Below, piece after piece: positions 10,830 to 22,885 of a stretch of DNA of 64,000 nt (positions are counted from its first letter, which is position 1; each line of letters starts with the position of its first letter). The notes below the pieces were generated by a model. That model saw nothing but the letters and a program-made list of their open reading frames with translations. It was not told the origin of the DNA and ran no database searches. The stretch spans positions 511,654,195 to 511,718,194 of the forward strand of contig NC_058132.1 in NCBI RefSeq assembly GCF_016433145.1. The letters are read 5' to 3'. The translations under genes and the position numbers were made by a program. Source of the DNA: Gracilinanus agilis (Eukaryota).

Positions 10830-11939
10830 CAGATTTAATTGAGTCCAATTTAAACAATTCTGATATGATGACAATGAAAAAAATGCTAAAACTTTGAAAT
10901 TGTGTCATCATGTTAGCCATCATCCTTGGCTAACTCACTATGAGAAGAAATAAGTATTCACATCCCTACAAAATGCTACTAGGAACTAAAGAATTCTTCC
11001 TTCACAAGAATTCTATTTTTATTTTCCCTTTCTGTTTTGGGGAGGAGTTTTGAGGTTATTTTTAAATTGGAGCAAGTTATATGTTATAAGGTTTTAACCT
11101 ATTTGGAGACTAGACATCTAGAATTTAATCCATAAAAAATAAAAAATTCTCTTTTAGCCAAAGAGGTAAGTAGAGGGTGATCCTACATGTTCCATTATGA
11201 CAAGCAGCAGTTTTGACCACATTTTACTCCAGGTGCAAAGATTTGGTCACAATTGGCTGACAAATGGAGGGTCTCTGAAAAATTCAGGGATTTACTGGAA
11301 CTTCATTATAACACTATTTTTGGAGATTATGTTCAAGTACAGCATTACAGGTGGTGAAAGAACACTTAACTGCCTGTCTGGTACATTCAGTAATACATTT
11401 CCCAAGACTCAGGACTCAAGGTTCAGATAAATGATGCCTTTGACCAATTTTAAAGAAAATGTAATGAAACTCCAGTTGAAAATTGGTGAGCTAACAATCA
11501 AATATATTCCTGGAAAAAATAATCTCCCTCTAACTCTATCAAAAAGACCATAACATATGTATGCATATATGATGTAAATGTACACATCATTGCAAATACA
11601 CATATGATGGTATACGATTATTTAATTATATAATTCATACATTAAAACATAGCAATATAATACTTTATAATGCCTAGCATAATGTATACATTTTATATAA
11701 CTATATAGAATGGGACTATGAACTATATACACATACATGTGCATGTATGCCTATATATGTAATAGTTTTAGTGAGTGTTGTTTTCTTCATATGTCATAAA
11801 AACAATCATACAAAAATCTAAATTTTTCAAATAAAAATCATTACACCCTCTATTAAAACCCTATTCTGGTGTCTCATAATGGTGTGGAGAATCTTCTAGA
11901 AGATTCATCTTCCTTTAAATATTTTATTGTTGCCTTTTG

Positions 11940-12490
11940 TCTTGACATATGCCATGCATCTCTGTCAATATTTAAGTGACCTCTAATTTTAACTTTTTGG
12001 AGACTGTAATACTCTTGTCATTCATTCATTGCATCACTAGATCAAAGTTGATATTAAAAATTGGGCCTTTATTTCAGGAAGAAGCTTGGGCTTATTAAAA
12101 GCAATGTGTAATTTCCCCAAAACAATCTGCTCAGCTATCTTGCTCTTATTCATTTTTTGGACCCAGTTAGTTGTCCTTCTCAGTGTCTGTCCAAGAAAAA
12201 TGAATGAATTAATTGACTGGCTCAATGGGAGGCCCATTCAACCTCATATCATAATCTCAACAACAGGCCTTCTTTATCCACTTGATTTTTCACATGTAGA
12301 TAGTTAGCCAAATTCTTTAGTGGTTATGGAATTCATTCAGGGAATCTGCAATGGTTCAGTGCCTAATATGATCAACACTGTATCATCTTCAGATAGGAGC
12401 ATCTGGAGAACCTCATTATCCTCAGGGAATTCCTCTCCCCCTTGGATTTGGCACTGAGAATTCTCTGTGACAATGACGAATATTTTTTAT
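11940..12490 (-). mobile_element. Degenerate RTE-clade LINE reverse-transcriptase fragment
   Basis: Minus translation EEFPEDNEVLQMLLSEDDTVLI (decayed LFADD)...FIFLGQTL...GKLHIAFNKPKLLPE, with stops and frameshifts. Confidence 0.8.
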
Positions 12491-13607
12491 CCCTAATTAG
12501 TTACTTATAAACAGAGCTTTACATAAAATTCTTACAACTCTAACACATTTGTATAATTGCAAATATTTTCAGCTGGTAGCATCAAAGAAGTATCTTTTTA
12601 CATTTAGTCTCTATCTCCTATAACAGAAGGCATATTACAAAATTTGTATTACAGAGTTTTATAGTTTCATTTTGACTATTTTCCTCCCAAGCCTTATTCT
12701 CTTAGTATTTCTTTCATCTTTAGATTTATAATGCCATTAATCCCTCTATATCAATACAATCTTTAAAAGATACTATAATTTCAGCATTTACATTATCTTT
12801 ATCCTCTTCATTTTGTTTTACTGGTCCCCCTTTTTAACATGAATCTAATTCCTCCCATTCATTTATGCTATAGGGTTAGCTGATGCTGTAGACATGCATC
12901 GAAAATGTAGAAGCCATCTCAGTTGGTTCCCAGGTTCTAACTAAGGCTTGTTTCTTTCTCTGACTTTCCATCTGTCTGGTCAGGATCTGTGATTTCATCA
13001 GGGTGAGGAACTCTCCATATGGAAACACCCTGGCTCTGAGAGATTTGCCTGGTGCCCTTGAGAAGTTAAGTGAGTTGCCCACAGTCACAAAGCTGCTCTC
13101 TTTGACTCCTACGTTGGTCCTCTATTGACTATAGGACATTGCTTCTTTGCAAAAATCTCTCTAGTCCACTCTTAGATCTCAATATTGAAAGGGACCTCAT
13201 TTCGGCATAAGCTGCCTTTTACTTTTTCAGACATTGTATGGAACAAACCTAAACAAAAAAAATAAATATGTATTATGCCACAATTGAGGCATAAGTTAGC
13301 ACTTCAAGGATCAGTTATAGTGCCCTAAATAGCTTCTGTCTTTGGGTTGTGTAAGGTGGACAACTGGCTCTAAAGAAATGGAGTGTGTAATCGGAAATTC
13401 ACATATCACCTCAAATAATTTTGTATATCTTATTGTGTGCCTTGGGTCACATATGCATGCGCCTTTCTTATCATTCAGACTCAAAATATGAAATCTCCTT
13501 TAATGAAAATACGATCTATTGGTATTGGGATATTATTTGACTGATGCGTTGGTTTATCAGTTTCATAGTTTACTTATCTAGTACAAAAGAATATTCTTTT
13601 ATAGGTG

Positions 13608-13840
13608 AGTCAGTGGATAGATCACTAGGCCTGGAGTCAAGAATGCTTGAATTCAAATCCAGCTTCAGGCACTTTTTAGCTATATGAGTCTGGGCAAGTC
13701 ACTCAACCTTAGTTTCCTCAGACATAAAATGGAGCAGCATCTTCCTCCCAGTGTTGTTGTGAGGATAAAATGAGATTTTAATAATTGTAAAGCAGCTAGC
13801 ATAGTACTTGGCATCTAGTTAAGTACTATATAAATATTAT
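13608..13840 (+). mobile_element. MIR-type SINE
   Basis: cagtggatagatcactaggcctggagtcaagaatgcttgaattcaaatccagc...ctgggcaagtcactcaacc...gtaaagc. Confidence 0.8.
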
Positions 13841-14029
13841 GTATTATTACACTAAGATGTGTAGGAACTATTTTAATTATCTGCTTTTAAATTCATTTTC
13901 TCTCAGTATACTTATGCTTAACTAGGAAAGTTATTTCACTATATCACAATCAATTCTCTTCAAATTTGTCTTCAGATAAAAAACATTTACTTCTCAAATA
14001 TATTTTTCTGTCTCCTGATGCCACTTTAT

Positions 14030-14830
14030 CTACATATCAATGGGCTCCTTTATTTAAAAGATTTAAACTTTTTTTTTTCTAGAACTTCATCTATCCCTCC
14101 ACTCTTTGTAATGTTCCTGAATTATGCTTAACAATTTGATTTCCTTTTCTCATTTCATCAACCACTACCATGTTCTGATTAGGCCTTTACTTCCACTTAC
14201 TTGAGGACTTGATAGGATTTGGAAATATCCATGTCTTTTCTCACTCCTACTTTAGATCTGCCTATTCTGTAATATTTATTCCAGTTCCTTTAACATGGAT
14301 TCTTCCATCTTAAATAAAACTACTACTAGTGAAATTTTAGCCTCACATTCCCTCTTTATAATATGTTTTCAGTTCCTAATCTGGATCTTTTTTTTTAACA
14401 TAGCTTAATTCCTATTCTCTATATTTATATAAGTATAATGATAGGATCTACTGATTTTCCACTAGCTCTGTCTAATGCACAACTTGTTTCTTATTTTTGT
14501 CATTCCTTTGGTGATCTTTGCCCCACAAACCTACCCTTGCAAGCAACCAAGTTAAAATACCTAAACAGAAATAAAAGAATAAATGAGACTTATCTTGACT
14601 ACTTATGTGTTTATGAATTATTTAGATGTAAATATCTTTTAGTAAGCAGTGTGTTTCCTCTGTTTAAGATAATACATTGTTGGGGCTCTATAGTTCTAGC
14701 ATGTGAATCCCTTCCTTTCTAACTGCTTTCCTCTGATCAAATCTAAATCCGTCCCCTGAAAACTCTTTTCCATACTCACTCCATGTTGTTTCTCATATTT
14801 GTCTGTTTCTGTATTTACTGTCTTTATGTA
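14030..14830 (+). mobile_element. Degenerate L2 region
   Basis: Pyrimidine-rich, L2-like composition and motifs; boundaries uncertain. Confidence 0.35.
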
Positions 14831-15654
14831 CTACATGCTAGCAAACATATGATTTTCTTCAATCTTATCAATTTTTAATCATAGGATCATGTATTCAGAG
14901 TTGAAAGGAATTTTAGATGTTATCCCCTTATATTACAGAATACCAAACTGAAACTTAGAGATGTTAACCTATTTGCCCTGAAGCACAGGACCCAGGTCAA
15001 CATGATTTTAGGTCCAGGACTCTTCATTATACCAATATTTGTCCTTCTTCTGCCAACATCTTGAAATCTTGTACATTCCACTAGTTACTTAGGGTAATGG
15101 ATTACCTCTCTATTTAAAATATTTCTTAAAGAATGATTTCATCTGAAAGCCTACACAGACACATTAATAAAAGTGACTTACTATGCTTAGTATTGCGTTT
15201 TACTCCAGACTTCCATAGCTTGTCAAATATCTTTTCCCAGGAGAGTATTTTTATTTGTTTTCAGTGTTTTTATCTCATTGGCTAGATTTCTTTGGTTATT
15301 ATTTTTTTTAAAAGCAATTGAATTTAATTCTATGGTCTCTAATGTGCCTTGTCTACATTTAAAAATGCTAAAGATAAATAATTACTAATAAATAATCATG
15401 ATATAAATTAAGTGTTGGCAAACTATGGCCCATGGGTCTACTTCTGTTATAAATGAGTGGAAGATGACTTAGACTGAGTATGCAATTTACTTTAATCAAT
15501 TAGATAAAGATGTTGCAAAATCACAATATAGAAATTTGTTACCTTACTTTTACAGATACCACTAATTAGAGCTTGCTTTTCATTTTGACAGTGAATCATT
15601 TCATTCAACAGCATGCTGAAATTATTTGTTCATCTAGATTCTGATGCAAAGAAA

Positions 15655-15890
15655 AGCTGATTTTATGATTTTTTTGTTTGTTTTACTTTGAGGGGCCTGG
15701 CTTGGATAGAAGGAATTCCCAGTGAGGAAACTTCTGCTATCTATGCATTTCAGCACCTGCTAGACAACTTATACATTTGGGGTGTCAGTTACTGATTGGT
15801 TATGTGACTTGTTGGGGTCACACAGCTAATATATGTCACAGGCAGGACATGAGGCCAAGTCTTGATTCTGGTCATATCTCTTCATACTGA
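15655..15890. mobile_element. Marsupial CORE-SINE relic (related copies near 13000-13090, 18545-18720, 61900-62050)
   Basis: Shared motif agtgaggaaact...cagcacctgc...gtgacttg...ggtcacacagcta. Confidence 0.5.
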
Positions 15891-15948
15891 AATCATGAAA
15901 AAAATCTAATGTTAATAAAGTCCAAATTTGGTGTACTTTATGTAAAGT

Positions 15949-15949
<1 letters not shown>

Positions 15950-16029
<80 letters not shown>
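15950..16029. repeat. (CT)40 microsatellite
   Basis: Direct reading. Confidence 0.98.
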
Positions 16030-16034
<5 letters not shown>

Positions 16035-16313
16035 GGGGTCGGCGAGGGGACAAGAGGAGGGAGAATATCTTGAATTGTCTTTTTCTAAAAGCCTTAAATA
16101 TTTGAACAAAATGCTATTATGTTTTCTGAGTGATAAAAGAGTCACTGGTAAGTCAGCAAATAGATTTATTTCCTTTAAAAATATACTAGAGCAACAAGCC
16201 TTCTCTGGGGCATCTGAAGATCAGGAGTGAGACCAGGAATAAACAGAAATCATGTTGTTGTCTTCCAATCCCCACCCTGCCCCCCATCTCCATGCTTTCC
16301 CTTTTAGCCTAAC

Positions 16314-16621
16314 CTTCATTAGCTGTTTCCTTAGCAGCTGCTGACAAGCAGGCACTAACAGCCTCATAGGAAGCACTCAGTCGTGTGTTGGGGTCTCTCT
16401 TTGGTTTGGGAGGGGGCTGTTTCCGTGGTGATGGCAGGCCACTGCTGTCATCCATGCTGAACACAGAGTGCAGGGAGGGAGATCTGATGGATGATCCAGC
16501 CAGAGACTGTACCAAGCCATCTACTGCCATGGGGACTGGAACTGAGCTCGAATGAAAATGCTTGGGTGCCCGACTGACTGGAAAGTTGTCTTCAGAGACC
16601 TTTCCACCCTTGTCTGGAGCT
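16314..16621 (-). CDS. MYO16: MYO16 coding exon (308 nt): RAPDKGGK...[12 protein letters not shown]...[20 protein letters not shown]...ETANE
   Basis: Acceptor ctttccttttag|A and donor AAG|gttagg; phase 2 in, phase 1 out, fitting both neighbours; NYAP-family motif; 3' part of ORF 16309-16890. Confidence 0.95.
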
Positions 16622-18769
16622 CTAAAAGGAAAGAAGAAAAACACACACACATAACAGAAGAGATGCCCAGATGCATTATTCAAATGATAACAATGAACCT
16701 GTTCATGCAAACGTAATAACAGCCTTTTGGTAAACAATCTCCCAACACCCCTGCTGTGCCTAGAGGATGTGTATGCAGTAATCTTCTGACAAACAAATCC
16801 AGATGAAGCTGCTAGCATTTTTCCATTTCCTGCTTTATGATAAATCAGATCATTGGACTCCCCACCCCACACACACACAACCATACACACATAAGTGCAG
16901 CTTTCTTAAGTAGTTTCATATTGTTGATCAGGCATTCACTGAATGAATTGTTCACACTCTGATTATTAAACACAATCAAAACCTAGGAATTCAATCTGAA
17001 TGATAATTTCTGGGAAATCCATCTTAATAGAAAGTTACTGATGCAGCAAATGCTGGGAGTTCATCATGGCTCTCTCTCAAAGGAGTACACTTATAAAAAG
17101 CAAAGCATGGAATTATGGGGGTAACCCACACCACTTTCTTATTTCTGTCTCTCCCTCCATGCATCATCAGCCATCATTTAATTATGTAGAGTTATTTTCT
17201 CCATCATAATGATTTTCTTTCCCTTTTAGTCTATATGTCTTGTCTGGTGCCAAGTGCATTGCTCTTATCCAATAAACAAATTGACAAATCACTTGGTATT
17301 TAATTTTACATCTGGGCAAAGTGAGAAATTGAGGTGATTGTTCAGTTCCAGCAGCGCAAATGATAAATATCCTTCTGGAAGTCATATACAATTAACAGTT
17401 AGTAAAAATGATATAGTAATAATAATAATAATAACAAGAGAAGCAACAACAAAATCCTTCCTTTTGGCTTTGTATGCTAGAGTAATCATGTGATAAAAAG
17501 ATGTCAGTACATTTGTTTTACAGGAGTTTTTGAAGCATTTGCTTTTGTAATTATATTTTTAATGGCAGAACAACAACAGAGTTAGAATTCTCCTAAAAGA
17601 TATAGCCAGATGCCCATGTAGTAAATGAAATAGCTGCAGATAAAAACTTTGTATTCAGTGTGTAATTTGTTTCACTGTAATGCTTAATTACTGATTTTTC
17701 TCTACAAAGGGATTTTTTTGGGTATTTAATCACTGAGATATTTGAAGCTAATTAACCAGAGATGACACTGCCATTTTTACTTTAATAAAAATAATCTGAC
17801 GTAGGCAGCACAAGCAATAGAATTCTATTTCCAGTGAGATACAATGTGGCATTTTTGAGTTCATATAGAAAAATAAATAGCTCCCTAACAAGTGAATTAT
17901 GGTCATAGAAAACAGATTACTGCCATTACGTAGACCAATGCTACTATGAACTATAATCCTTATAGTTCATAGGAGAGGAAGGATACTCCATTGTCAGCTG
18001 AAACAGGTGGTTACAAAATTTCTATTTCTAGATTAGCACTCAAAGTAGACTTTCAAATGGAAAGAAAAAAGCTTTTTTCACTGGCAAAGAAAATGTGTCA
18101 CTGTAGACAGTGATCAGAACAGACACATTTCTCTATATCGATTTTATGGTATCTCTTCTCCCCCAAAAGGTCTCCTTATTAATTATCTTGGCAAATTTCC
18201 AGAAGGTTCTCTAAGTCAGCATTTATGTTCAGTGTACTTGAATGAAAAAATTAAAAAGCCCAATTAAATCTGTTTGCTAAAAATAGGGCTATAATATACT
18301 TTAAAATAAAATCTGAGACGGCCTAAGGCACTGAAAAAATGAAACAAGTACAGCATACAAAATTAACAACCTTCAAAATAGACACTATAGAGAGTCTCGT
18401 GAGATGGACATCTGTAATCATGGCCTTACTAAGAAAAGATGTTAATATATTAACAAACATATATAAAATACTCACCTGAAGCTATAATTAGATCATCATC
18501 ATCATCATCATTATAGTTTTTACCAAACCCACAATTTCTTTACAATAAGAAATTCCCATTGAGGACACTTCCTTTAATAGTTCAAGACTTCACCTGCTCT
18601 GCAACTCTCAGAGAGTTTCTGGAAGCTACACAATGTTAAGTCGGCATGTATTGGAGGCAGAACCTGAGCCCATGATTTCTTGGCTCAGAGGACAGATCTC
18701 TACTACTACATCATGTTGCCCCTCTAATAATAATCATAACAGCCAAAATGATGATAAAAACAAATACCC

Positions 18770-18900
18770 CTCACATTCATAATACCCTGAAGGACTTACA
18801 AAGCACTTGACATGTATTATCCTCATTCTACAAATCAGGAAACTGAGGCTGAGAGGTTTAAGTGGCTTAGCCAGGGTCTCACAGCTAGGAAGTCTCTAAG
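18770..18900 (-). mobile_element. MIR-type SINE
   Basis: ttacaaagcacttgaca...ggaaactgaggctgagaggtttaagtggcttagccagggtctcacagctag. Confidence 0.75.
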
Positions 18901-19019
18901 GTAGGTGCTCATTCCTTGCCTCTTCTCCACTGATCACTGTTCGCTGATACGCTGAGCTGAGAGCTGTTCTGAATTCTTATGGTGACAGCTGGATGGATGG
19001 CGAATGTTTGCTGCACTTA

Positions 19020-19286
<267 letters not shown>

Positions 19287-19822
19287 TTATGGCTCAATGA
19301 GAGTAACATGAATCCAAAATACAGAAGCAAAGTCACAATGACATTAAGCTGAATGACTGATAATGGGTTTACGGACTGATAAATATAAGCGCAGAGTAAA
19401 AGAAATAATGAAATATATCGTAACCACATTAAAATGAGATTTAAAAATTCATTAACAGCTATCATAAATTCAAAGGTTATGTTAAGAATATCATTTACTT
19501 GGATAGGTTACCAGGAATAATCTTTAGAATGAGGCCTTTTATGTGTAGGTACACACTCTACTAGTGCAGGGCTAAGACAAGAGTGTTATCCATAGCTGGG
19601 GCTGGAAAAAAAATATGATCATCTCAGAACAAAATTTCTGGTGGTGAAGCCCTCTGATTTTAGAAAAGGCTGTTCCTTTGATGACTATGTTTACTCAGAA
19701 TTGTAGTTTAAATATTTCTAGCTTACTAGGATGTATCAAGCTTAGAAAAACTTTAATAAGTGAGAGTCCATGCCATACCACAATGAGGCATTGGTCCAGG
19801 GCTTAAGTGGAAGATAACATTG

Positions 19823-19830
19823 TGTGTGCA

Positions 19831-19858
<28 letters not shown>
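19823..19858. repeat. (TG)n microsatellite
   Basis: Direct reading. Confidence 0.95.
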
Positions 19859-19865
<7 letters not shown>

Positions 19866-21789
19866 CCATTTGTATATGTATATTCATATATAGATTTTTT
19901 TTAGCCTATGTTTATCTCGCCTTAAGTCCTAGGCCAAGGTTTCATTCAAGAGACAGATGAATGAGAGAAAATTTCATAACTCTGGAAAAAATAGAAGGTA
20001 CAAATAATAAGTACAAAGAAGGTACAGTCTAAAAGACAAAGGTTAAAAATCTAATAGGTATAAAACTTTAACAATCTGAGAACAAAGTATCACCCCTTCT
20101 TCCCATCTTCATGGTCTAATCTGATTATATTCACCCTCATTTCTGGAAAAACACTCAAATATTTGCGACCTACTGACTTTCTTCATTGCTATTAATAAGA
20201 CTTGTTTAAAATGGACAAAAGAAAGGACATTCTTCAAAACTCTTTAATATCAAATAGATGTTATAGTAATAATAGTATTATCAACTCCCAAGAAGCCTAA
20301 CTTCAAAAGGTTTGGCCTTCCTAGAAGTGAAATAGTGAGCTCAGAAGATATTTCAGAATTTTAGCAGAAATGAAGAAGGAAAGAAAAGGAAGGAAGAAGG
20401 GATGGATGGAGGCATGGAAGGAAGGGGAAGAGAAGGAAAACAAATAAATGAATGAGTGCATGAATGAATAAAAGAAAGAAAGAAATCTGTTTTGCAAAAT
20501 AAAACTCCCCTTCCCCCCCAGGGTGGTAGGATGAGGAGAGAAGTTGTGATAAGATAAATTTAAAGTATTAACTGCTTTAAATTTTCCATTTCTCTGAAAC
20601 CAGCATGAATCTGGGGGTTATCTGTATAATCCACTTTGATTACTAGTTGATTACAAGGAGGGGAAGTGAATAAAGTCTTCTACAAGTATAGTTTCAGAAG
20701 AAAAACATGCAGACATTTAAAATGCTCAACATTTTTTTCAGATGGCAACACTGAATGTTTATAGTTACTTTGGAATGTAGTGGTACTTTATTAAGTTAAA
20801 CTGCAAAAGAATCATGCCGAGCTAATTTGAACAAAAAGTAAACAACAAAAGGTACAATAAACTGTTGTAAAACAAAATGAAGTTAGGTTTAAGGGGACCA
20901 CATGAAAAGAAAAGCAGAATAAAACAAACTGATCTTTATTCATCCTTGTTACTGTTGAAGAAGGAAAGCATTTCTTTTGGAAGGATGAAATCGGGAATAA
21001 CTCTATGATGCCTCCTTACTTGAACTAAATCATTAATGTGAACAAACCAGGGTTCTCTATTGCTCCTTCCCCTTCCCCATATGACAACAACATTCACCTA
21101 ATGACATCTGTTTCAAAGAATTTGAGAGACTCCATTTTCCCATCATTATTCCCAACTGTCTTCTTTGATCATTTAAGCTATACTATATAGCACAAATTGG
21201 CTCCTTTAGCATAAGATTAATTACTTCAAGAAAATGATTTGGCACAAAAGGAAATTAATTTCCCATTTTTCTTCTGACATTTTTATGAGATTTTTTAAGG
21301 TGACAGAAAGAGTAGTAGATTTTAGACTCATAAAACTTTTTTTTCTTTTGTCTAGAAGGTCATAAATACATATACTCAGAAAGATTATCTCCTGTAATAT
21401 AATTTGAAATTCAAATGATTACATTCATAGTGAAGACATCCAGCTTCATTTTCAAATCTTCCTAAAGGTATAAATGTGGGGATGAGGGTGTAGGTGAAGT
21501 GAAGACAATAAAGCTCGCCCGATAATTGGAAACAACTTAAATTCAAACTACAAAAAGGATTAATTTTAATAGGCACAAAACTTGAAACAATATTTTATAG
21601 AATGAATTTATATATTTTATAGGTCAAGAATTCTGAGGTTATATAGGTCTATGTCAGGATTATAGGAAATGCTGGGTATGACATACAATGCATAATATAA
21701 TAGTTGATGAGAGAAAAGAAGAAATAATCTCTGGAATACCCAGAGAGATATTTAAGTTCTTTTTAGTTAAGGAAAAATTGAGTTTGCAA

Positions 21790-22690
21790 TAAAGCTAGAG
21801 TGCTGTATCAGTGTCTAAACTATGTATGGTTCTGTCTGAGGTCTATAGAATTACTTATTGTAATGATCCATCTCCATCCCATAGAGATAAAATATATGCT
21901 CAAAGTCAGGAGAGTAAAGGCTATTCACAAAGGAACGTTTCAAAAAAAAAGGACTTTCAATAAACCATTAGGGAAGAGCCCAGATTATAGAGGTTGATAA
22001 TAGTGGAGAATGAAAATTATTCCAAAAAATATGGCAGTACAAGAGGAGGGATAGTGTCTGGATGAGCCAGAAGGGTCAAGGGAAGGCTTTTGCTTTTTAA
22101 AAATGGCCAAAGAGATCTGGTAGTATTTGTAGGACCTACTGTGGAGAAAGTGTTTGAGGATTTCTAAGAGAGGGGGAAACATTTCTAGAGCAATGTTCTG
22201 AAGGAAATGGGAGGGAAACAGGTTTAAACATGTAAAAGGACAAGAAGAATGGAAGGAGAAAAAGAGAAGATATTGCTAAGAAGTTTTGAGCAATGAAAAA
22301 CCTGAGTGAGCTTCCAAAGTGTGGCCTTGACCTGACTGAAAAAGGAGCTTAATCACAAGCCAAAACTGGGATGAGTGAGAGTCTAGTTGACAAATAGTGG
22401 AAAGAAATAGAAAAGATTTTGGTTGGGGATAAGCTGAGAAACAGATAACTGTAGCATAAAATGATTTGGTCAAGCAGTAGGGGTAAGGAAGTGAGGGAAG
22501 AGAGCTGAGAATATGCATAATAAATTTGGAATATGGGAGATTAATTTATTTGTGCTCTGGATGGGAAGAAAACAAATTGTATGGAGACAAGAGCTCGTCA
22601 GGATGAAATTTTTCAGGTTTGTAATAGTAAGGAAGGAATAGTAGAATGTCAGTGAAGGAAGGAGGTGATATCTATCAGATGGTTTCTAGA
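21790..22690 (-). mobile_element. Degenerate L2
   Basis: Purine-rich reverse-L2 pattern; boundaries approximate. Confidence 0.45.
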
Positions 22691-22702
22691 ATACATGCCA
22701 TG

Positions 22703-22885
22703 GGAGTGTGCTGGACTTAGCTCTAATCAATTTGTGAGAACTATTTTTAAATTTTCAGTTCAAGCATTTAAGCCTCAAAAATGAACAAACAATAGAGAAA
22801 AGGACTTAGTTTATCATTCTGTGGATCATCTGGATTTTAAAAATGATGGAAAATGTTAATAATGAAGATTAAGGTTAAAAGTGTT
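22703..22885 (+). mobile_element. MER63-like hAT DNA-transposon relic
   Basis: gtgtgctgga...ttttaaattttcag...aaaatgttaataatgaagattaa resembles MER63-type elements (from memory). Confidence 0.45.

Noticed and set aside
15826-16145. ORFs with (ER)n runs
   Set aside because: Translation of the (CT)40 microsatellite. The same applies to ORFs at 3044-3554 and 5885-6079.
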